From contig JANPLG010000124.1 of assembly GCA_031426395.1 (NCBI GenBank), positions 1,851-65,850 of the forward strand: a DNA stretch of 64,000 nucleotides. Direction: 5' to 3'. The notes beneath the pieces were generated by a model. That model had not been told where the DNA came from, did no database searches, and was given only the letters and a program-made list of their open reading frames with translations. The position numbers and the translations under genes are program-made. Origin of the DNA: Actinomycetes bacterium (GTDB lineage: Bacteria > Armatimonadota > SYMT01). Shown here one piece after another: positions 1 to 8,000 of this stretch. Every line of letters starts with the position of its first letter. Positions within the stretch are counted from its first letter, which is position 1.

Positions 1-552
1 TGGAAAGAGCAATGCCAGCGCCGGCTCGAAGTACGCCTGAAGGGCGTCCTTCCAGGGGCTGTCGTATTCATCGGGCAGGGTTGGATCGCGAGGACTGGGT
101 GGCATGGCGTGATAGCCATGACCTTCGCAAACGCTTGCTTGAAGTCCTTTCAGTCCGGGTGCGACCGCGTTTTGCATGTAGCTCGGCAACCTGGGAGAGG
201 CCTCTCACAGCGAGGTATTCGTCCTCGTCTCCGTGACCGTTACCCTCGACGGCGTTCGCCCGGGGACCCGCCTCTTTCGGGGGGCCAGCTGAACCCGAGG
301 TTGGACGTGGCGCATTTGCGCTGGAGTTGGCCTCCGTCGCTGGGGTCGATACCCCGGTGCGTGGCGGGCGTGGCTGGATCCCCGCATGAGACGGGCCGCT
401 TCGCAGTGGGGATGCCTGGCGAGGATGACGAGGTGATTCTGGTGCAGATGGGATACACTCCTCAACCCCGACGGATCCACCTACTTTCGGCGGTCGCAAC
501 CATTTAGTCCCTGAGGATTGACGCTGCCAGAGCATCCCTCACAGGACAGAAT

Positions 553-2601
553 TCAGCGGCGGCGGTGACGCCTGCGCCGATGGCGGCGACCGGCGGTGGC
601 AGGGTCGTAGTCGCCGTGGCCGGGCCACGATTTGAGGCCGTCCTTGAGGTAAACCTGCAGCTCTTCCATCGTGAGGCGCTTGGCCGTCTGTTCTTTGGGA
701 CCGTTGGCTCCCGGGACCGGGCCGTTCCCTGGAGCGTTGACTGAGGGAGCATTCGATGCCGGGGTATCGGCCGCCGGAGCATTGGCCAAAGGCGCGTTGA
801 CTGCCGCAGGCGCGTTGCCAAGGTCCGGCCCGGCATCCTGGCTGCCACCATTCACCGGAGCGGCGCCAGCGTCAGGGCTTACCTGAGCGTCCGGGGCGAC
901 CGCCAGCAGCTTCAGGTCATCTAGTCCCCACTCAATCACCGGGCGCTCTGACTTGGTTTCGGGGTCATAGGGGTAGAGGAGCAGTGCGTGGGGGACGGGG
1001 CGGGCGGGGATGTCTTTCCGCATCAGCCCGGTGACCAGCACCTGCTGACCCACGGTGAGGCTGGTGCTGAAACCGCTGTCCAGCAGCACGCACTCCCGCA
1101 CGCCGATCTTCTCCAGCGTCTGCGCGAGGCGGTCCGACTGGTTCCCCGTCGAAGATGCTCCCAGGAACGGCCGCCCCTGGCTATCGATCCCCATGAAGGC
1201 GCGGGGGCGGAAGTCGAAGATGTTGCTCAGGCGGAAGCTCTCCATCTCCGCATGGGTGAGCGCCCGGCCTTGATGGACCAGCCATGCGCCACCCACGAAG
1301 CAGTCCGTGGCACCTGGGATGAGCCGCTCCACGCCTGCCGGATCGAAGGCGAGCTCTGGGCGGAAGGGAAGGAAGGCCATCTTCTCCCGAGAGATCACCA
1401 CCAGCGGCCGACCGGCGATCCGCTCCCGGTCTCCCGGCAGTCCCGGCGCGAAGGGCGGACCGAATCGGTTGAGGATGGGACCGACCACGCCGGCGCCGGC
1501 GCTGTTCACCCGCGCGTCCGAGAAGAAGGTGCCGTTGAGTCCGGCCGCTGCCTTCGCCGCCTTGATGATGGTGGGGACGTCCTGGCGGCCGATGAGGCGG
1601 AGGCCCGCCATCCGTCCGCCGCAGATCCAACGAACCATGCAGGCCTCGTCGTCCAGACTGCCCATCTCGAGGTCGGAGGGGACGATGTCGAGGACCTGGC
1701 TCTGCGCGACGAAGGTGGGGGCGGTCGCTTCCAAGCCGGCGACCACGTCGCGAAGCCGGTGGAAGCCAAAGCGTGGAACGAAGAAGGCGTCCGCAGGAGA
1801 CCCGGCCCAGCCGGGACCCATGGTGAAGGCGAGCTCGTAGCCAGCGTCATGGGCCACCTTCGCCACGCGGCTGTCCGCGTTGCCGACCGGATACGCGAGG
1901 AAGCGGATCTTCCGGCCCAGCTTCTCCTCCAGGACCTTCTTGCTCTCATTCAGCTCCCGGTCAAGCTGGGTGTCGCTCACCTTCCGGAGGTCGTCCGGGT
2001 GGGTGACGGTGTGGCATTCCACGCTCACCAGCCCCTCCTTCTCCAGGGTCTGGAGCTGCTCCCACGTCATGTGGTCCTTGCTGGTCTTGACCCCCACCAC
2101 GCCGGTGTGAACGAAGTAAGTGGCCGGATAGCCGAACTTCTTCAGCAGGGGATAGGCGTTCTCCCACTGCCCCAGGTAGCCATCGTCGAAGGTGAGGACG
2201 ACCGCCTTCTCCGGGAGCTCCTTGCCGGTGCGGAGATGATCGTAGAGGTCCGCGAGCGGGATGACGTTGGCGCCCACCTTCTTGAGCTGCTGGAGCTGCT
2301 GCTTCAACTCCGCGCGGGTGACGTCGAAGGACACGTCCTTCCCGGACTTCACCACGTCGTGGTACATCAGCACCGCGGCGGGGCGACTGCCCTCGAATAG
2401 GCCGGCGGGAGCGAGGGCGAGTTCCACGGGCGCTGTTGGCGGGCTGAAGGAAGGAAACGTTCCTGAACCGCCGCTCTGCCGAAGCGGGCTGGAAGGCGAG
2501 ACCAGGAAGGCGGCGGCTCCGGCCGCAACCCCGCCCAGAACCACGGTCAACGCAATGAGGAGGGGCAGGCGGTAGGGCTTCGGGGCGGAGGGTTGGCTCA
2601 T
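553..2601 (-). CDS. Membrane-anchored polysaccharide deacetylase (NodB domain) fused to a phosphodiester-glycosidase-like (NAGPA/DUF2233-like) C-domain, with a low-complexity NAP/AP-rich tail
   Basis: Translation has N-terminal TM anchor, then a NodB-type block (YHDV..., TFDDGY, HTVTHP) and a ...DSQGRPFLGASSTGNQSDRLAQTLEKIGVRECVLLDSGFSTSL... block typical of the phosphodiester glycosidase fold. The tail is proline/alanine repeats. Confidence 0.6.
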   Translation of the reverse strand: MSQPSAPKPYRLPLLIALTVVLGGVAAGAAAFLVSPSSPLRQSGGSGTFPSFSPPTAPVELALAPAGLFEGSRPAAVLMYHDVVKSGKDVSFDVTRAELKQQLQQLKKVGANVIPLADLYDHLRTGKELPEKAVVLTFDDGYLGQWENAYPLLKKFGYPATYFVHTGVVGVKTSKDHMTWEQLQTLEKEGLVSVECHTVTHPDDLRKVSDTQLDRELNESKKVLEEKLGRKIRFLAYPVGNADSRVAKVAHDAGYELAFTMGPGWAGSPADAFFVPRFGFHRLRDVVAGLEATAPTFVAQSQVLDIVPSDLEMGSLDDEACMVRWICGGRMAGLRLIGRQDVPTIIKAAKAAAGLNGTFFSDARVNSAGAGVVGPILNRFGPPFAPGLPGDRERIAGRPLVVISREKMAFLPFRPELAFDPAGVERLIPGATDCFVGGAWLVHQGRALTHAEMESFRLSNIFDFRPRAFMGIDSQGRPFLGASSTGNQSDRLAQTLEKIGVRECVLLDSGFSTSLTVGQQVLVTGLMRKDIPARPVPHALLLYPYDPETKSERPVIEWGLDDLKLLAVAPDAQVSPDAGAAPVNGGSQDAGPDLGNAPAAVNAPLANAPAADTPASNAPSVNAPGNGPVPGANGPKEQTAKRLTMEELQVYLKDGLKSWPGHGDYDPATAGRRHRRRRHRRR

Positions 2602-2713
2602 CGGTTACCGCTGGGCGTGGAATCAGGGCGTGGAGGCAAGTCCCGCAGAGGGTCGTGAGCTGCCGCTGTTATGGTAGTCGGCTTGGAGCGCGCCGCAGTT
2701 CGACGGATGGACC

Positions 2714-2752
2714 GCCAAAGAGAAACCTGGAGCCTCGTCAGAGAGGCTCCAG
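2714..2752 (-). terminator. Rho-independent terminator downstream of thrS
   Basis: Perfect 11-bp stem CCTGGAGCCTC-gtcaga-GAGGCTCCAGG immediately 3' of the thrS stop, followed on the minus strand by TTTCTCTTT. Confidence 0.55.
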
Positions 2753-2790
2753 GTCATGATTGCCTAGTATCAGCTCTTATCCGGGTTGAA

Positions 2791-4530
2791 TTAGCTCTTC
2801 AGTTCCGCCTCTACCTGTTCCAGGAACTGCGTGATCGGCGTGGCACCGAGGTCGCCCTTGTCGCGGGAGCGGACGGAGACGGCTTCCGCCGCCGCTTCCT
2901 TGTCGCCCACCACGAGCATGTAGGGCACCTTCTGGAGCTGGGCGTCACGGATCTTTGCCTGCATCCGCTCTCCACGGGTATCGATCTCCACGCGCATGCC
3001 GGCGTCCGTGAGCCGCTGCTTCACGGTCTGGCAGTACTCGGCGTGCCGGTCCGCAATCGGGATGATCTTGGCCTGAACCGGCGCCAGCCAGAGCGGGAAG
3101 GCCCCGGCGAAGTGCTCGATCAGCACGCCGACGAACCGCTCCAGAGAACCGAATGGGGCGCGGTGGATCATCACGGGACGGTGCGGCTGGCCGTCCTCGC
3201 CGGTGTATTCCAGGCCGAAGCGCTCCGGCAGGACGTAGTCCACCTGCACCGTGCCAAGCTGCCACTCCCGCCCGATGGCGTCCTTCACCATGAAGTCGAG
3301 CTTGGGGCCGTAGATGGCGGCCTCGCCCTCAACCACTTCGTGTGGCATCTCCAACTGCTCGACCGCTTCCAGGATGGCCGCCTGGCTCTGCTCCCAGACT
3401 TCATCGCTGCCCACGTACTTCTCCGGCTTGGCCGGGTCCCGGAGGCCGACCCTCGCCCGGAACTCCAGCTTGAGCTTGCTGAAGACGAGCATGATCAGGT
3501 CGACGACGCCGTGGAACTCCTGGACCAACTGGTCCGGGCGGCAGAAGATGTGGCTATCGTCCTGGGTGAAGCCGCGCACGCGGGTCAGGCCGGCAAGCTC
3601 GCCGCTCTGCTCGTACCGATAGACGGTGCCGAACTCCGCGTAGCGCACCGGCAGATCCCGGTAGCTGCGCCGCTCGTTGGCGTAGATCTGGATGTGGAAC
3701 GGGCAGTTGACCGGCTTGAGGACAAATTCGGCCCCCTCGTCGTCATGCATGCTGGGGAAGAGGCCGTCCTTGTAAGCCTCCCAGTGCCCGGAGACCTCGA
3801 AGAGCTCCCGCTTGGTGAGGTGCGGCGTGATGACCGGCTGGTAGCCGCGCACCCGCTGCTGATCCCGCATGAACTCGGTGAGCGTCTCCCGCAGCACGGC
3901 GCCTTTGGGCAGCCAGAGCGGCAGACCCCCGCCGACCAGCGGGCTGATCATGAAGATGCCGAGTTCCCGGCCGAGGCGGCGGTGGTCGCGCTTGCGGGCT
4001 TCCTCCAGGCGGTGGAGGAACTCGTCCAGCTCAGCCTGGGTGAAAAAGGCGGTGCCGTAGATGCGCTGAAGCTGCGGGTTCTTCTCGTTGCCGCGCCAGT
4101 AGGCTCCGGCCACGTTGAGCAGCTTGAACGCGCCGATATGGCCCGTGCTCTCCGCGTGCGGACCGCGGCAGAGGTCGGTGAAGTCGCCGTTGGTGTAGAG
4201 CGTGATCCGCTCGTCGTCAGGAAACTCGCGAATGAGTTCCGACTTGTAGGGGTTCTCGCTGAACATGGTGAGGGCTTCGTCACGCGAGATCTCGCGGACG
4301 GAGAAGCTCTCATCCCGGGCCACACCCTTCGCCATCTCCGCTTCCAGGGCCTGGAGGTCTTCCAGGGTGAAGGGCGTGGGACGGTCGAAGTCGTAGTAGA
4401 AGCCTTCCTCGGTCGGCGGACCGATGGTCATCTTGGCTTCGGGGAAGAGGTGGGAGACCGCCTGGGCCAGCACGTGGGCGGCGCTGTGGCGGAGGCGGTA
4501 GAGGTCATCGACCTCTGGAGCACGTCGCAT
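2791..4530 (-). CDS. thrS: Threonine--tRNA ligase, short form lacking the N-terminal TGS domain
   Basis: HSAAHVLAQAV editing-domain motif near the N-terminus, class II catalytic core and anticodon-binding region. 579 aa, about 60 aa shorter than E. coli ThrRS at the N-terminus. Confidence 0.9.
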   Translation of the reverse strand: MRRAPEVDDLYRLRHSAAHVLAQAVSHLFPEAKMTIGPPTEEGFYYDFDRPTPFTLEDLQALEAEMAKGVARDESFSVREISRDEALTMFSENPYKSELIREFPDDERITLYTNGDFTDLCRGPHAESTGHIGAFKLLNVAGAYWRGNEKNPQLQRIYGTAFFTQAELDEFLHRLEEARKRDHRRLGRELGIFMISPLVGGGLPLWLPKGAVLRETLTEFMRDQQRVRGYQPVITPHLTKRELFEVSGHWEAYKDGLFPSMHDDEGAEFVLKPVNCPFHIQIYANERRSYRDLPVRYAEFGTVYRYEQSGELAGLTRVRGFTQDDSHIFCRPDQLVQEFHGVVDLIMLVFSKLKLEFRARVGLRDPAKPEKYVGSDEVWEQSQAAILEAVEQLEMPHEVVEGEAAIYGPKLDFMVKDAIGREWQLGTVQVDYVLPERFGLEYTGEDGQPHRPVMIHRAPFGSLERFVGVLIEHFAGAFPLWLAPVQAKIIPIADRHAEYCQTVKQRLTDAGMRVEIDTRGERMQAKIRDAQLQKVPYMLVVGDKEAAAEAVSVRSRDKGDLGATPITQFLEQVEAELKS

Positions 4531-4985
4531 CGGGGATTCCTCCGTCGTTCACCCGCATGACCGGTTACAGTTCCGGCGGCGGGAACGACGGCAGTCTACC
4601 AGACCCTCCTCCGCTGCAGGCCAATTTGCAGTTTTCAATTGTCAGTTTCCGACTGGCGCAGGGGTGTGATCCGAGATGGTTGCAGAGAGCTTCAGCCCTC
4701 GGTTGACAGAAATGCATGGTAGCTAGGGTTCATTGTTTTTAGGGGGGGGACTACACCACCACCGAGAGTAATTCAGAATGCAGAATTCAGAATGCAAGGG
4801 ATCGCACTCCGGGTGGCTGTTGGCGGGACGGATTCCAGCGTGCATGGCTGGGGTTAGGGTTTAGTCTTGGGCACAGTAGGATGATGGAGTTGGCTGCTTG
4901 GGCGGTCTGCATCTGCTTAGCGCGTCATCCCAGGGTTCTGTCTGCAAGTGTGGGGCGCTGTGAATCGAGGGTGGCGGCGCTGCAT

Positions 4986-5032
4986 GAAGAAGGGGAAGTC
5001 CGACGATGCGGACTCCCCCTCTTCTTTTTCCC
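4986..5032. terminator. Bidirectional hairpin terminator (A-tract / stem / T-tract) 3' of the giant secretin gene
   Basis: gaagaaggggaagtccg-acgatg-cggactccccctcttc followed by tttttccc on the plus strand and preceded by an A-rich run. Confidence 0.45.
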
Positions 5033-5048
5033 AAGCGATTTCCGACGC

Positions 5049-8000
5049 CTATTGAGCGAGGTGAAGCTTCTTCAGCAGCCCGTTGAGTGTCTCCCTTGCG
5101 GTGGGGCGGTCGCCGACGCGGAGGTATGCCGGCGGCTTGAACCCGAGTTCGGTGCGCTGGGGCACGTCCACGAGGAGGTCGACGATCTCCGAGACGGTGG
5201 GATAGATGGCCGTCTGGCCGAGGATGACGCTCTCCTGGATCAGGCCTCCCTTGGCTGCCTGCCGGGTGAAGTAACCGATGAGCGGGATGTCCTTCAGGAT
5301 GGGCAGGTTGCGGACGATCGGAACGCCGCCGGTGCGCTTCTCCGGAAGCCCCAACTGCGCGTTCACGCCGAAGCGGGAGACCTCGCGCACCTCCAGGTTG
5401 CTGACCTGCACCTCGGTGTTGACCGTGTGGCGGTCGACGCGCGGGATGGAGGGGTTCACCGTCCCATTCGGCTCCCGGACGTTCACTACGGCGGCGTAGT
5501 CGAACTTGAAGCGGAGAGCCTGGCCGGAGGGATCGAAGATGGGCGTCAGCTTGAAGGTGTTGCCACTGGTGAGGGCATAGACCTCACCCGGCGGCTCCTC
5601 CTTCTGTTCGTCCAGGAGGCTAAGTAGAGCCCCGATTCCCCCAAACAGCCCCAGCGAGGCACCACTGGCCCCCAGGGCACTCGCCGCTCCCGCCGCCGTC
5701 ATCCCGTTCTTGGCGGCATTGCTGCTCCGCTTGGGGGCGAAGAAGGAGTTGTTGACCGACTGGGCGATCTGCGCCAACTGCTGCGCCTGCTCCAGGAAGT
5801 CCTCGGGACCTTTGAGCGTCACATCTCCGCTGGCGTTGGGAGAGACGCGCGCCACCAGCCGGTTGGTGGCGAGGATGGAGGTCCGCTCAATCAGGCCGAA
5901 GTTGACCCGAGGCTTGGTCCCTCCTACCAGGCCCGCCAGCTTGTCCCCAATGCGTTCGCCTGTACTGGGCTTGTCATGGATCACGTCCTGGAGCGCCTTC
6001 AGCGCGGGAGAGACGAAGTAATGGTCAACGTCATCCTCGACAATGACCATGAGGCGCTTGACCATGTCGTCCGCCGCAGCAACGCGGGCGGTAGATTGCG
6101 TCAGGGAGTTCCGCTGCCCCTCCAGTGCCGCAATGGTCCAAGCCATCTGGTCTGCTGCCACAGGTTGCTTGAAGTTCATTTTGACGGCTTGCATTCCGAG
6201 GGCGCGATACGGCTGCGGCACATAGCATGCCCCGGCCTTTGCCTGATCATCCAGGTCCCGGAAGTCAGTGGGCGAGTCCACCAGGGACCGGGAGAGCCAT
6301 CCGAGGAGCGGCAGATACTGCTCACGCAACTGCCATACCAGGGGCGATCCCGGCTGGACTTGATCACCCGAGAGGCCCTGCGTGCGTTGGATCTGCCGCA
6401 GGATGCTTCTCACCTCCAGGCCGCAGGAGTGCCTCCCCTTTGCCTGGAGCGCCATGAGGACCTCCAGTTGGTTGGCGGTCATCTCGTCATCGTTGAGGTT
6501 TGACTCTCGCTTGTGGAGCGCACCGAATAAGGTTCTCGGTAGCGCTGGAAAGGTTGGGGATCCCGCTTGCTTGTTCGACGATGCATTCCCATTCGCCGCG
6601 CCAAGCAAAGAAACGGTGTCCTCTCCTGAAATCAGGACCCGGGCGACCGCGAGAGAATCGTGCAGGAATTGGTCGTAGCGTTCTCCTCGCCGCTTGGCAA
6701 GCTCTTGATCCCTGCCGTTCGAGTATTTGCCGGCGGCGGCATTCGCTTGGCGGCTCAGAGCGATGAGTTCCGTTGAAAAGTCCCGCAAGACCCGCAGCCG
6801 ACAGGATCTCCGGAGGAGGGAGGAGATGAACAGCGTCTGGCCGAGGGTGGTGGAGTTCGCGGGGTCAGGAATGGTCCAGCGGGTCACGGTTTCAAGGTCC
6901 AGTAGCTGAATTGCTAACTTCGACTTGTCGACTTCTTGCTTTTTGCGCTGCCTATAGACCTTTTCGAGCTTGTTGAGCCGGGACCCGAGGGCTGACGTGT
7001 CGCACACGCAATCAGGATCAATGCCCTTCGCGATCGAGTGCAGAATCCTCTGAAGTTCCTGCACGGACTCTTCACCCTTGCGAACCGCTGGCAGGACCGT
7101 ATCACCATAGAAATTGTCTAGCGTGTCCTTTTCTTTCGGGGGCGGGTCTCCGGGAACTAACTGCTTGAAACTGCGCTTCACCAATTTTCTAAGATTGTCT
7201 ACCAAAGTGGCCTTGTCTTGCTTGATGGCGAGCATCTCTGCCATTTCTTCTGCGAGCTTAGCCAAGGTCTTCAGTTCGCAGAGCGCGTCAGCCTTCCGCA
7301 ATTTCAGCGCCTGCCAGGTGAAGCCACCCGCGTCTTCGACATAGCACTTCTGAAGACCCTTCACGCGATCCATCCGGTGCGTGACTCGTCCCAGCGAAGC
7401 CTGAACTTCTCTAACCGCAGCTATCCCAAACTCCCCAACAAGGTTAAGCTCCTCAGCCAATCTATTGGATGGTCTAGGGTCGAGTCCTTGCTTCTTTCGA
7501 AGCGCCCTAAGCTCCATGAATCGTTCCACATAGCCCCGGAGCGCCTTCAAGTCAGCGGAAAGGCGAAGCGTCTGCGCCGCAGTGGAGTGCCACTCGGAGT
7601 AGGGGAGCTGAAGGCCCAGCCGTTCCCGTACCTCGCGGGGATAGGCCATGTAGCGACAGAGGCGCTGGTCCATATCCAGCGGCGTACCCTGGATGAGGCT
7701 CTTGAACCCAATGGCGACGGAATTCACCTCCTGGTTGACGGAGTTGCGCAGCACGTCCTGGATGCCGATGATGTTGGCGCGCAGGTAGCGCATCTCTTCA
7801 TTGATCAGGCGCACGCTGCCGTTCAGTTGGGCGGGGTCGCGGCCATTCAGTTGCAGGGTCCAGAGGGTGACCCGCGCCTGCGGCGCGGGACGGTCGAACC
7901 CGGCGACCACGTCCAGCGCGGTTTCCACGTCGGCGGGATTGCCCCGGAGGAAGAGCGTCTTGCTGTCTCCGTAGGCGAAGAACATGACCCGGCCCAGCGG

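Noticed and set aside
988-2400. 470-aa + strand ORF
   Set aside because: Antisense to the polysaccharide deacetylase gene. High-GC genomes give long stop-free antisense frames, and the product is low-complexity with no recognisable domain.
2671-4560. 629-aa + strand ORF
   Set aside because: Exactly antisense to thrS, whose translation carries unambiguous ThrRS motifs.
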